Below are positions 43,101 to 58,100 of a stretch of 64,000 nucleotides of DNA, one piece after another. The stretch is from Bugula neritina. Lineage: Eukaryota > Animalia > Bryozoa. The DNA lies in assembly GCA_964035545.1 (NCBI GenBank), contig OZ037766.1, positions 6,438,722 to 6,502,721 on the forward strand. Reading direction: 5' to 3'. The position numbers and the translations under genes were made by a program. How positions within the stretch are numbered: the stretch's first letter is position 1; each line of letters begins with the position of its first letter. The notes under the pieces were generated by a model, which worked only from the letters and a program-made list of their open reading frames with translations, ran no database searches and was not told the origin of the DNA.

Positions 43101-46100
43101 CCAATCTCTACCTGCACTCAATAATTTATCTTTCTGATGGTTTTTTAAAAAATATTGTTTCCACACTCATATGCAATATACTATAAGGTTATTTCTGAAT
43201 CATTGTAGTGACTGTTATAAGAGACCAGTACGCCCCAACCTTCCTTCAGACCAGCTACTCTACCATTGTGTTGGAGAACGTCACCGTACCATCTGTACTT
43301 CCTCTGCCTGACTTCCGAGCTGTAGATTCTGACTTGAATGGAGTGATAGTCTACAGGGTGATAAGCAGGGACTTGTCTTCTGTGTTCTTTGGTTTGAATG
43401 ATGACAACAAGTTGTTTGTGAGAAACAGTCTTACTCAAGCACCTCTTGATCAATATACGGTATGTTTTAAAGTGACATGCTAAATAAAATAGGATAAAAA
43501 CCTCTTATGGGTTTTGTCTAAAGTATTTACTTGACTCATTTGCTACTTTTCCTTCTGGCATATTGTACTAATTATGTCAGACCTAAATTTTTAATCATTA
43601 AAAGTTACTTGCACACATGATAAAACTTTTTAATAAATTGCACCAATTAACCATCAGAGACACTGCATATCGATATTTGCAAAGTGTGAGTGAAAGTTCC
43701 TATCTTTCTTAGTGTTTATTTCTTACTATAAGTTTGTTATGATGTAGCTGAGAGTACAAGCCTATGATTCGTCATACCCTGACAATGTGGTAGAGACTAC
43801 AATAAGAATAGACATTATTAGACTGACTGTCAGTAACTCTACTCTTTCAAAGACTATCAGTGAGAATACTGGTGAGTCAACCATTACAACCGTCTGCTGA
43901 TTAATCTCTTTGCTAGTTAAAAGTTGTCTTCTTAACTATATCAATACTGTCTGCTAATAAAGCTTCTGTTGATTAGGAGTTGTCTTCTTAACTAGTTTAA
44001 TATTATGTTTTTGCTTTTAGTCCGATTCTCTGCAGTGTACCGGCTGTCTGCCGACAACCCCCGCACTCAGCTGACGTACAGTATCTCTCAGTCTGATGAC
44101 GTATTCAATGAGTTCTTCATAGTGGACGGTGCAGACGGCACAATCTATTTGTCTAAATCGCTAGCTGGACACAATGTTACATCCACCTCTTGCGTTATAA
44201 AGGTAGATTGTTTTAACAGACTAAATGTGTTACTACAATATTTTTGTATGAGTTGACAAATATTGGTAACATGCTGCTTGCTAAAGTTTTTCAACAGTTG
44301 AGCTTAAGCCAGAAGTAACCAACATTCTAAGTCTGATAGTGCTACAACAATGCCTTTAGATGTTGCTAAAGTCATTCAGTTTGTTGATATAAATAAATTA
44401 AATAAAGTAATGAGGTTTTAAGATTTTTATGAAAGCTTAATTTTATCAATTTTTGTCTACATGCTACTATTTCTACATGTTAGAAGTATTTGTTGAATTA
44501 GTGTCTAAATTTTACGCTCACAGCTGTGTCGCGTGTTCTAGGCGTGTATAGGAAGTCGGTGCGGCTACCAGTCCTTGACCCTGACTATCATCCCGGGTAG
44601 AAAGCCCTACTTCACTGATACACCTTACAGAACACAGCTGAGTCTCAATCACCCTGCTGGGAGTCACGTATACACTGTGTCAGCGCAGGATGCTGACCTT
44701 CAAGGTCAACTCATCTACAGGTCAGCCTAGTTTGATTTATAACTATTGTGATAACTGCCTAAAATACCTGGAAAGGTATTTTAGGCAGTTATCACAAAAA
44801 ATAACCTCAAAAAATATACAGAGGTTTTGAGAGCACAGTATTATACACAAGAACATGAGTTCATTTCTATTGGCGTAAATTTCAACTGAGTCTGTTATTA
44901 TAACAGGATAGAAACTTGAGCTAATGGGATGGATGTACAAGTTTTGTAAAATGTTAGAAAAAATAATTTTGTGAAACCTTCCTGTCATATTTCTTCGCAT
45001 GAACAAAGTTTGCGCACAGCAGAACGGTTCTGTTAGAATGGCTGCTTTTTCTCATCAGAAGTGTTTCTACAGTTATTAACTCAACCATGTGCTTATTGCA
45101 ATAATGCAAAGTTGGAGTTATCAGGATTTGCTTTTGGTTTTAGAGTTGTTGGCGTTTATCCAGCTCAACTGTTCTTTGCTGTGGAAGGAAGTGGAAAAGT
45201 CACATTAACTAACAGTTTGAGAGAAGCTGTTAGCAGACAGACGGAGTACCAGGTTAGCCAATTAGAATGTCTCTTCAACATTATCTTTCACATCGAGCTT
45301 GGTGTCTATGATTTATATTGAAAATATGTCTTTATGCCCATCTATTTTATTTAGTAATTGCATAGTTGATTGTTCAAAAAATATTTATTTACTAAAATCT
45401 ACCAAACTTGTCGTATACTTTCAGTTGTCATATTTAGATGATTTGAAGACTTTTAAGCACTCAGATTTTTAGGTTCTCAAGCTAATTTTTTGTTTTCCTT
45501 AGGTTGTGATTCAAGTCTATGACTCGTTACTGCCCAGCCAATCAGCTGAGGAGACTCTAGTCGTCTCTGTAGAGAACTCGTCACCCAGACTTGGTGTTTA
45601 CTCTGACAGCATTAGTGTCAGCGAGTACCAGAATCTGGGTATTATATATACAGTCAACGCCACTGATGCAGACGGCGATGAGTTGACGTACACATTCGCA
45701 GACGTAGAGGGCGTGGTCAACAACTTCCTGTGGCTGAATCCGAGTACCGGAGAGATTGTGTTACAGAGATCTCTAACCACCATATCTACTAGCACCTTCT
45801 CAGTAAGAAGCGTTTAGCACCCCCCCCCCCTTTCTATTAGATTATTTTTGTGGAATTAAAGTTAAAGTAAATTAAGCAAATAATTGAATGACAGTTGCCT
45901 AGTGTATGTGTAAGTGTTAAGTACAACTAAATACTCCTTAGTTACTAATGTGTAAGTAGAAAATTTTATTAGGTGTTTATTAGTTTGTTGGAGTAGCTGT
46001 GATGCAAAGACGTGTATATACTACTAGGTGAATATTAGAATATGTGATACACATGTATATATTATTACTAGGTGAATGTTAGAATATGTGATGACAGAAC

Positions 46101-49100
46101 CCCACCTGCCTGCACTGATGAAACATTCAGTTTGACTATCAGAGTAAACAGAACCCTTGTGCCTACCATATTAAACCTCCCTAATAAGGTTACTATTGAT
46201 GATGATCGACAAGTCGGTAAGCAAGATGGTGAAGAGATTGTTTTATTCATTATGGAAACAGCAATTGTTTATGTAATTCTAATGCGTTTGTGTTTTCCTT
46301 CTACTTGATTATTTTTTGCAATTGAAGTGTTTTTAAAACTATTTGGTATAAGTGTATCTGTTTTTCATTAAATAAATTCAAGATAGTTTAATTAAATTCA
46401 AATTATGTCAATAATATATACAACTAAATTAAATTGCACATATTTTTCTCTTTGTTGCAGGTAGTGATGTCTACACAGTAATATCAACAGGTGCAGACCT
46501 ATCTGCTGATATTATCTATAGTACGATAGGCGTCTCACCCGCCCCCACCTACTTTTCTATTGACAATGAAGGGAAGGTTAAAGTGCAGACGTCGCTGATT
46601 CAAGACAAGACAGTTAATTATCAAGTGAGTATTGAGACACTTGTTCATACTACTTGTTGCCATCTTAGCATGACGTCTTGGTCATTAGTTAGTGCGAGAT
46701 GGGGGTGATGTGATAGAAGCAGATGGTAAAGTGTTGGGTTGGAACCTCATTATAAAGCAAATAGAAGTTTACTTTTGATTTAATAAAAGCATTGCATAAA
46801 ATAATGGTGCTGTATAGTCTATTAGCCTCTTCTATTTTAAGCACGAATATATAAGCGTATGATTATGATTATTGCTTTTAATTCATGCATGCAGGTGGAG
46901 GCGAATCTAATAAAAAAGTCTCTCTATTCTTTACATTAAAGCACATTTGCGTGGTTCTATACATTATTCTGTTTGATAGTTGGTTGTGAGTGCAGCGTAC
47001 CGACAAACTCCTCTAAAGTCCAGCACAGGAACTCTGACTATCAGTGTGATACGTAACGAGTTCTGTCCGCAGTTCAACAGCGCTGTCCAGGTCACCATCT
47101 CGGAGACGATCGCTGTCGGGACGACTGTTATTAGAATGAATGCGACAGACGCTGACGGAGATGATGTCATCTATTCTCTGGTCAATCAGGATGCACAGAC
47201 TCGAAATCTTTTCTTTATTGAACCTCACACCGGTGAAGTTATCACTCGCAATCTGCTATCGGTAAGTTTTAGGGTATAAACAAGTATGGGTGGCACTTTT
47301 TCATAGTTTGATTGAGTGGAAAGAATAAAATTTTAATATCTTGTGCATTTTGATTGTGCATTCAATATGATGAGGTAATATATGAGTGAAGTAATAATAT
47401 GTGTAACTGTATTGCATAAGAAGACAATGCAATATGTGAAAAGTTTACAATGAAATATAACAAGGATAGATGACTTCAATTCTGTTTCTTTCTCTGGACT
47501 AAAATAGTAGCATATATACTGTATAACCTATTATTATAATTGCTTGTATACTCAACCTAATGTGTTACATTACTAACTACAAGTAAACTCAAAGCTGTTA
47601 GTCAGGATAATAATTAGTAGGATTTTAGTCTAACATAAGCAACCAATAGCAATTCCATTTTATATGTTTTCTACTTTGTAAAATAACTGCTGCAGTCTTT
47701 TATTGCTAGATAACCCGATGCATTACTTTATTTTAATTTTCTGCAAGAAACTGGTTAAAAGATGAGTATTAAAAGTATTTTCAAAAAACTAAACTGTATG
47801 CATTCAACTAATTCACTCTTGAATCTCATTGCATAGTATGAATTTTCAGCTATTTTATGATGTGCTGTTTTGCAGCAAACTCCAACTGGACAGCAGTTTG
47901 CTTCGTACACACTGACTGTTGAAGCCAGCGATCAGCAGACGCCACGAGCCTGTAGAACTCAAGAACAAGTGACTATTGTTGTGTTGAGGGACAGGTTGTT
48001 GCCCACCCTGCAATATTCTAATGCGTAAGTTTTTATAACTACTAGTTTTTATGAAAAAATAAGTAGGAACATTAATAAATTGACATTATTATTACAGAAT
48101 TGTAAATTCTCATGAACTGTATATTGCCAGTGCATTTGATAGCAATACATCGATTAATAAAAATAAGCAGTTACTGTACAATATATTATAACAATATAAT
48201 AATTTAAAGTGTTTTCATAAGCCATATTTCACTTTACTGAATAGTTGTTAGTTTTTAAATACTTCGGATAAGCTTTCACTCTACTGTAACTTTGCTATAC
48301 TCTGTTGTAGAACTATTAGAGCTACCCATGCTGTAAACACAACTGTTGTGGAGCTGGTAGCTTCAGATGATGACCTTGAAGGTGACTTGACCTTTGAACT
48401 GTTGGGAAGTTACCCGGCCACTGAATATTTCTATATACAGGAAGTTGGTAATGCGGAAGGGAAGACTCAAAGAGTGTCTATTAGATTGAAGAAACAATTA
48501 GCTGCAGACCCGCTAGAAAGCCTAATATACTTGGTAATACATGCTTATTAGTAATATTGACTCTGTAGTAGAAATATCTGTAGGCATTGGTTAAAAACGC
48601 TAGTGTGATCTTTTAATCTTGTTTTGTTTTAGCTGCGGGTGGCTGTGTTTGACTCCCTGTATCCTACACACAGAGTCGTGGCAGACCTCTTCATTACTGT
48701 AATTAGAAACCCCAACCAGCCAATATTTCAGCAGAATCCATACCGAGCTACTATCAAAGACACTCTGCCATCTGGTGGGATTTTTATGCGTTTAAACTGA
48801 ACTTGAATACAATATTGTCATTTATATTCGTTAAAGTAGCTACTTGCTAATAAAACATTCACTTATAAGTTAGAAAAACACTATAATAACATCATACAAA
48901 TGATTTTGTGCCTTAAAAATATGATATTGGTGATGAATAACATATTTTCCTATCAATTCAGTTGATATATAAAATAGTTATTTAGTTTAGCGTTGCAAAA
49001 TAGCCTTTGCTATGGTGTTATGGTAGCTTTTAGATGTATTTATATCTAGCAGACTAATATATGATAACTGATTATAGCAGAATTATGTGTAAAACAGTCA

Positions 49101-52100
49101 CCAAACATAGAGATTCAACTTTGTATTTTTACTTGAAATAACAGGTGGGTTAGTAGTAAAGGTAGAAGCTACTGATGAAGATGCAGGGGACACAATTACC
49201 TATGAAGTGGTCGGCTCTTCTGGAGACGGTACAGATCTGTTCCTTGTTATACCTTCTACTGGAGAAGTGAGGTTAAAGAAGCCAGCTACTGATTCGACTA
49301 GTAGCCTGTATAACGTAAGGCTTTTTCCTATTAGTCTTCTATGCTACTATCTATTGCTTTAGTGAAATCTTTTCTTTAGTAATGGCTGTAGTTGTTCAAA
49401 ATTTTGAGTAAGCAACTCCCTATGCAACCCTTTCACTTAAATGAGTTTTCTTTTAACAAATGTATTGTGGAAAAGCTTTTCTATGCCTACTTCATAGTTG
49501 CAGATATTTCCAGGCTCGTATATTATCAAAATAGAAACTTGTGTATACACATCATAATTATTTTAGCTTACAATAATTATTAGTTTATACCTAGTTGTGA
49601 CAAACTGGGTAAATATCACTTTTTATAGTACTATTATATTACATAACAGTCTAACATGGTATACAGTCATTATATAACAATTTCACACAATAATATATTA
49701 TATAATAACTTTAGGTGGTGTTGAAAGCATCAGACAATGATGGTAGATATGATACGGCAACTCTCATAGTAACTATTAGAAGAGACGAGCTCCCTCCGTA
49801 CTTCATTGGTCTGCCTTATGTATTCCCATTTGATGACAACAGGCTACCTGGTGACATACTGTTCACTGGAATCATAGCTCGTGATCCCGATGGCTCTGTA
49901 AGTTAGCCCAGTTCTCTGCTGATATTTTTGGACAGCGTGTTTACCCTATTTTAAAATGTGCAAATTTCTTGTAAAAAATACTGCTTTTTAGTTGTAGGCT
50001 TCATTATTGGTGGTTTAGAAAATACTTGATATGGAGAACTTTGAAAATGTTAATTTTGCACTTGCTAAATTCAAGCTGTAAAATACTAATTTTTCTATCC
50101 CATTAAGTTGCTGTTGATGAAAAAAGTGAAACAAGATTTAGGGCTAAGACACAAACCTTACTTACAATGATTTTCACAAGTTTTTAGCAGTTATCACACA
50201 TCTATATTCTGGTAGTCGTGACAGGAAATAGCCATTTATTTGACTCGTTATAGGGACGTCTGCAGTACACAGTGGAAGGAGACTATCAGGCTCGCTACTA
50301 CTTCAACGTTTCCAGCAGAGGTTTTGTGCAGCTGAGGAATTCGGTTAAGTTTGATGCTTTGATCCCGGATCAATACAACATCAACGTGTGTGCCTATTCT
50401 GCAGATTTCCCCTCTAACACTAATTGCACTGTGGTAAGCAATTACTACTAGAACTCTGGTGAACTACTCTGTAGCATAACAAGTGATTCGTGGTGTTAAT
50501 TTAGCACACTGCTAACTATTATATATTATAAATCAATTACTTCTATGTCTATTTATAAAGGTCATAGCCAATGTCAGAAGAAATCCAAATGCTCCAGAAT
50601 TTTCCAAACCTCAATACTCGCGTACCCTGCCTTCTTCCTATGAGCTTTACACAGATATTAGGCTAGGAGTTTCAGCCAGTGACCTAGACAAAGTGAGTAA
50701 TATTTTCACATTTTTACATTCATGTACATTATTTCATCTTAAAACTAATTTGTTTTTATGAAGGCTTCAGTTTAGTTCTAGATCTGTAAAATCAGCCTAA
50801 CCAGTGTCCAAGTGTTTTGCAAACAATCTTAAATTTCAGTTTATAACTAGAGTTTTTTTTGGTAGCTTTTGGGATATGAAAATTATTGCAAATTAAATTT
50901 TCAAGTTTTAGTCTAAGGTTTTGTTAGAAAAATGTCGTTTGTTTTGCCTTATCTATTGCTTGAAATTACCTGCAATGTACAGCTGTTATATTATTGTATT
51001 ATATTACATATTATGGTTCCTAAACTTTCTGCTTCCTATAGGATGAGTTGCAGTACTACATTCAAGATGACCAGTTTGGAAAAGTGGCCTCCAAATTCTT
51101 CCACATGGACTCTGATACGGGTGTTGTTTCACTTCGCCGACCTCTAAACAGAACCGACCCTGAGTTCCCTGCTAACTCCATCTTCTCATTCAGAATAGTG
51201 GTTAGAGATCAGGTACCAACCAATCAGAAGTCTGGAGAAGCCTCAGTTTCCATAACAGTTGTGGAGGGGGGCGATGCGGCTCCCCGATTCAACCTTGGTG
51301 TGTATTCTGTTGACATCAATGAAAACTACGGAGTTGGTGCAGTGGTGGTGAACACTAGAGCAGTGGATCCTGACAACGACGGACAGGTAGGGTGAATCAT
51401 AAGCATGCAGCATAGCATTATATTCCTCACCAACTAGTAGAATATTCTGAGCAAAGTTTTGCATGCTTTTGCCACTTGAAATAATGTGAGGCAGAGAAGT
51501 TTGAACGGGTCATCATCAAACTTTCTAAAATTTTATACATTTCAATTATTTTAATGAATAATTGGATAAATGATTTATCTAATAATATTTTTGTCTATAG
51601 CATGTTATTTGTTGCATCAACACAGAATCTATGTTTCAATAAGATTGTGACTCTTACATACCATTAACACGGCTGCACATGTTATACCTCATCTCATTGG
51701 CAGGTTATGTATTCTCTCGCGTCCACAAGCAGTGGCCTTCAACTCTTTGATATTAATAATATCACGGGAACTGTATTCGTGAGCAGCAGTTTAAAAGGAC
51801 CCAACATGTTTGCACAAGAATACAGGTTCGTATAAGTTGTTGACATATTTATTGCATGGGATTGACACACAAGTATTATTCTAAAGCCTAAAACTTTACT
51901 CGATTACTTAAAATACTTTCTAAAACCAATGTTGGTTGTGTTTTGCTAATAGACAAAAGTTTCAGAAATAATTTTTTAGTCAATTTGATATCTATTGGCA
52001 TATAAACAAAGAGTATAAAGGTTCATTCAACAATAAAACAGTGTCAGTTATTGTTTCATACTTGTATTGTTATGTCATCAAAATTCATCCAGCATTTTAT

Positions 52101-55100
52101 ATCAATTCATACAATATTATTGTAACTTGGGATTGTGTTTCCTTACAGATTTAGCATCAAAGCATACAACATACTGAATCCTTCTAAAATTGGACTCGCT
52201 ACTGTAGCAGTTAATGTAGACCGTAACATCAACTCACCAGTGTTTACTGGTGACTATACGACACAGGTCAATGAAAATATTCCTCTTGGCACGAGAATCA
52301 TACAAGTGCAGGCATCTGATGATGACGGGGTTTGTCTATGAAGTTATATAAATAATCATGTATCAAAAATATGTTGACACTATTGAGTTAACAATGTCTA
52401 TGCAACTGTATTGTATGAAATGTGTTTTCTATGATTGTTTTATATCGCATATTAGAAACCCATAAGCTCTGATTTTTCAATTATTCAAGTTTTAAACAGT
52501 TAATTAAACAAAGATAGGCCTACTACATTATTTATAAATTAGCTCATTTATGAATAATAACCTTGAATGTGGCTTAAAAGTATGTTTATAGTTGCAGTCA
52601 AAAAGTATTTAGATTTTTAGAGCTAACTGCGTAACATGTAGAAAATTTTTAATATCTATATAAAGCATTTAAGTACTATTATAGTATTTAGTTGTTAAAT
52701 TTATAAGTATTTCATGTAAACAAGTGTTGTGTAAATGTTTATCAGGATGAGCTGATATACTATCTCGATGGACCTGGAAATATAGAACAATGTTTTTTCA
52801 TTGTACCAACTACTGGAGTTATCCACTCTACATCTCTATTGTCCGGCTCCAACCCTGCTTGTTCAGCCAACACCTATCAGGTTTATTTTAAACCTAATTT
52901 TTGTACAATTTACTCAGTTGAAATGTTGTGAAAGCTTTTGATTTTTTTTTGCAAATTTTTGTATTGCTTATGAGTTTTAATTCTGTAGTTTAATTGAAAT
53001 TTGATAAAGTTTCATTTAGAATTTATTTTTCAGGGTATATTTTAGAGTTTATTGCATGCTAAAATGGTGTATATTTAGAGTTTATTGGATGATAGAATAA
53101 TGTGAATTTTAGAGTATATTGCATGCTAGAATGGTTTATATTTTATAATTTATTGCATGCTAAAATGGTGTCTACTTTTAATTTTATTGCATGCTAAAAA
53201 CCATTATATATTTGCATCTACAGATCAGAGTAAAAGCCCGAGACCAGAGAATACCAGAGAAAGTTGGTGTGGACTATGTAAGCTTGTTTGTGGCTAGAGA
53301 TAGGTCGACCCCCTACTTTGTTGGTGAACCTTACAGCGTGATCATCAACTACACTATCCCTGTATCCACTCCTGTATACACTGTACAGGCTATTGATAAC
53401 AACCTCAGCGTAAGTTTTGCCTCACCCTGTCTGTCTGTTAATAAGGAGCAGTAGTGGAGAGATTGAGATAGCCTAAGTTCCTTAAGTTTTTTTATAAATT
53501 TTGGTTTGGGGCGTGGATTGAAATTCTTGTGAGAAAATAACTTCTTTTGCTACTTTTCTAATCTATAACGCAGGCTTTTCTCAATTTCTTCATTGCTGTC
53601 TCCATTTTGTCTGTTACATGGGAGAAGGTTGTGAACATTGTATAATTTAGTAAATGTTTACCATTTTAAACTAAGTTCTAAGTCGATGAAACTTTCAGAT
53701 TTTCAGATTATAAATTTAGCAATTAAAATTTAATGCTAATTTACTTTAGTTTTCGATTTATTGAGAATGTTTAACCAATGGATGTCATGGCGTTTGTAGG
53801 GTAGTCTAGTTTATCAGCTTGTGGGAGATTTCTCTGCACCAAATTTCTTCTCCATAAACGAGACGTCTGGAGTGATATCTGTGAGAAACAATCTTGACCT
53901 CGGAGTTTCTACAACTTACAACCTCCGAGTTCAAGTACGCCATTTAAATATATATGTCTACAATACACTTTATTCAAGTTAGACTTATGCTCTCTTTATC
54001 TAATTATTAATCTTTAAAAATAAAAGTGATAACCCTTTCTTCCTTCCAGTATATTAGCCAATCATCTGCTTACAGGTGTACGACTCTGGAGCGCCAGGGA
54101 TTATCAACACCACGTATGTTCAAGTGATTGTCAATCGCAACCCAACGTGTCCTAAGGTCTCCGTATCACAACAGCCTTTAGAATGGGAGGAGATAACTCC
54201 AGTTGGTAGTGTGCTACTCACTGTACAAGCTACAGATACAGAAGATGTGAGTGTAGCCTGTAGCTCTGAGTCTTTATGCAGTTACTAGATGTATCTCTAT
54301 AAACCAACTTGAGTTAAATATTTGTTTCTTCATATTCTGAGATCCAAAAATATTTGTGTGAGAATTTTAATTTTTCCTTCTGTTATAATTCACAGTATTG
54401 AAACTCATTTACTGTTGCTCCATTAATTTCATCCGTTACACAGCCTATCATTTTCATTTATTGCATTGTAAGCATTAGTTTGCTAAGCTCTGCGTTTACC
54501 CATTTATATGAGGGGATACAATTTTGCAGCAACATGTGACATATATGCTAAGAAATCCATCAGAATATTTCTTCATTAATCCAACTTCTGGAGACTTGAT
54601 ATTAGTAAAGCCACTTACAGCTGACCCTCAGCGTCGCAGTGAATATACTGTAAGTACAGCACTGTTTATATCTGATGTGCAATCAGGTTGTTACTGTAGT
54701 TTTTTTTATCTAGTGTTGTGATTACTCAGTAGTCCCTGTGGTGTAATGGTTGTCACGCCTGCTTGCAAGCTAGAGGTCTCAGATTCAAATGCTATACTTT
54801 ACTGTTTATTTATGTTAAGATATTTATTTTTAAACCTATTTTAGTATAAGAAATTATTGGGAAACTAAATTTGCTCTTCTTTGATCACTCCTGGATTAAT
54901 ATACATGTAGACCTACAAGTTTCCCAATAACAGTGGGGACAACTCTATCATTCTGTTGGTTTTCTGGCGAACTAAATTGCTATAAATAGACATCTATGTT
55001 GAAAATTATAACTTCACTTGCCAGAAACCAATTATGTAGTTTTATATGTGCATGCTGTATATGTCAATACTTCTCTAAAGTCAAAACTAATGTTTATAAA

Positions 55101-58100
55101 CATGGCTTACACTTAGCACTTAGTTGTAAAAGAGAAATTCCATGACTAATACTTATTTTATTTTTGAAAGTACACAGAACATACTTGACATAGCTTTGTT
55201 CTATGAATTTAGCTGAGAGTACTGGTTCGAGACAGTGGCATACCACCCTGTGAAACAGCAGTGTTAGTCAGCCTTAGAGTCTCAAGGAATGTGTATAACA
55301 CAACCTTCCTCAATCTCCCGTCTACATTAACCATCTCTGAAGACACTTCTGGTACAATCTTTAATGTCCGAACTTCTGATCCGGATTTAAAGGTGAGTAG
55401 AATACTGCATTACGCTGTCATCACAAAACATACCCTTATAAACATATAATAGTTGTTGTTATTTGTGTTGCTGTAATTTAAATATTATTTGTTATTTAGT
55501 TTTGAAATATACTTTATTTGCTTAGTAATATATAAGTTATGTAATATTCAGATTAGATGTTGATGTATATTTTTTCACATTACTAATTGCTTTTTCTTCT
55601 ACTTGAACTGCTAGCTACTGAAAACTATAATTTGAGCAACTAGTAACTTTCAAGTTATAGCTTAAGTTTTAAAGTCTGGCACACATTAAGTTTCAGCACA
55701 TCATGAGGCTGTGTGGTGTGTGTTTCGTACATTTGTGTGATTAGAGTTAGTTTTTAGGCTACCTATTCAAAGAAGAATATGATTTGAGAGGACTCCTGTA
55801 GTATTATTAACATAGTTGCCAATTTTTCTTAAAGGTTTTCTTTACAAACCATCCCACTAATATGGAGCTAAACTTGCAAATATTATCACGAGTAACGCGA
55901 CATTGCTTTATTTTCAGGGAGATATTGTGTATGAATTGGTGGGAGATTTTGCAGCGATGCAGTTTTTCCAGATCAACCCCACAAATGGTGCAGTGTCAGT
56001 TAGAAGGTCACTGGTTGAGGATCGTGCTTACGCCCCCTCCTACCAGGTCAGAGTTATAGATTTTAGTACAAGTTTTACCATTTAATATACGTGAGGTCAC
56101 GATTGAATCTACGATAAAACTTAAACAGGTTGTTATATTAACTGAAATTCTGTATGAATTCTTAACAGTTGGTGATCGTAGCCTATGATGATAAGTTCCC
56201 GTATGAGAAGACGGAAGGTGAGCTGACTGTGAATGTGAACAGAAATGATAATCCCCCCATCCCTTCGCAAGTAGTGCAAGTTACTGTGTCTGAGGACTTT
56301 ACATTAGGTGGAGTTATCACGGAATTTAGTGTCACTACCAGCTCCAGCAGGGTAAGATAACTGCCCATTGATCCATTTTAAGTGAACTATTTTGCTATAA
56401 ATTATAAAAATTATTTTATGGTTATAATTCAATGATGTAATAGTAATAATTATTTTGAATATATTCTGGCGTCATTTCTGCCTGTCATACATGTATTATA
56501 GTTTGTCTCATATAAAATTACCTTAATAGCACCGCTACTCCTTAGCTTGTTTTTTATCACTATATTCAGGATGTGAGGTTCCGATTGGTCAATCCTATCA
56601 ATTCTGAGTTTTTCTGGTTGCAAAACTTTGAGAACGGGAAAGCAGCAATACGTCTGCAAAAGAAGCTGTCGATGAGCAATCAAGATCAGCACAATGTATG
56701 TTCATCTGTTGCATTCAAAACTATGTTATTTATGAACATTTGCACACTTCAACTTGTTACATAGTCTAAGTATATAGCTATACCGTGCAAGTTGCGAGCA
56801 TATTTAATGGAATGTTTTGTGTCATTTTTATGTATTAATAAACAGACAAACAGACAGACAGTTGATGCAGTATGTGCTCAGTCAAATTGATAAAAGTTAT
56901 CCTTATTTGAACATCATTTGCATTTATATTTACAGTAAATCACAGTTTATATATGATACATGTTTTAGCTGACTATTGAAGCATATGACAATGGAGTCCC
57001 ACCGCAAACTGCAGAAATATTTGTGATAATCAACGTGATAAAGAACACATACTCTCCAGTATTTATTGGCCTTCCTTATGTTGTCAATATCTCTGAAAAT
57101 ATCAACGCAATATCCGCCATTTTTACAGGTTTGTTCACATATATGCATTTATTGCGCTTACTATTATTTACTATGAATACATTTGACTTAGCTCTTTGGT
57201 CTCGGAGGAAACTTAGTAGCTGTTACTGCTACTTGAATGGTATTTATCTTGTTGACCTTGTAGCTAATATCATGGCATTATTTCATTATGAGTTTAAATA
57301 TTTCAGGTTGTAAAATTTCAAATATATCTCTCAAATGTTAGATTCACAAAACCACTGTGGTTTAGCAAGCAGCTGACTGTGTAATGGCTTCTCTAGCATT
57401 TCACAAACTTTACTGCGCATATTCTAAAGTGTCATCACTTGATAGCTTTGATTTGCACTGCTTAAAATTACCAAGAATTTTCATTGCTTCTGAGGCCACG
57501 ATAAACTGTTGCATTCAGTAATTGAAATGAAGTGCATGAGTAAAAGCATTTTGTGACGTGTGTTTATAGTTACTTCTGTTCCATAAATAAACTTTATCTT
57601 TCAAGTTCAGTTATAGTTTTCAGATTTGTTTCTTCAACAGCACAGAGTACCATTTCTCATGCCTCCACAATGACAAACGAACTTCTGTACAATATAATAT
57701 AGTATTCTGTGAGACATCATGCATCTCCTATATATATGTATGTTACAGGCATCTCAGTGGTGGACGAGGACCTGAGAGGTCAAATTAAATACGAGCTGAC
57801 AGGACATGGCATTGCCCCGACTCTGTTTAGAATAGATGGTGTGTCAGGTGCTCTTTACCTGAGGAACAGGTCCTTACTGAGAGATGATAGCAGTCTTTAT
57901 TATACTGTAGGTTTCTATACATTATAGTCTAGCTGTTGTAGCTGTCTAGCTTACACATTGTTCTTGTAATAATAATACGTATTACTAATATTTATTACTA
58001 ATATGTATTACTAATATTTATTACTAATATGTATTACTAGTCTGTATTACTAATATGTATTACTAATATGTATTACTAGTATGTACTACTAATGTGTATA

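Noticed and set aside
54854-54930. 13-bp inverted repeat TTATTGGGAAACT/AGTTTCCCAATAA, and similar short IRs at ~6986-7008 and ~25305-25393
   Set aside because: Short, AT-rich or widely spaced; nothing supports a function
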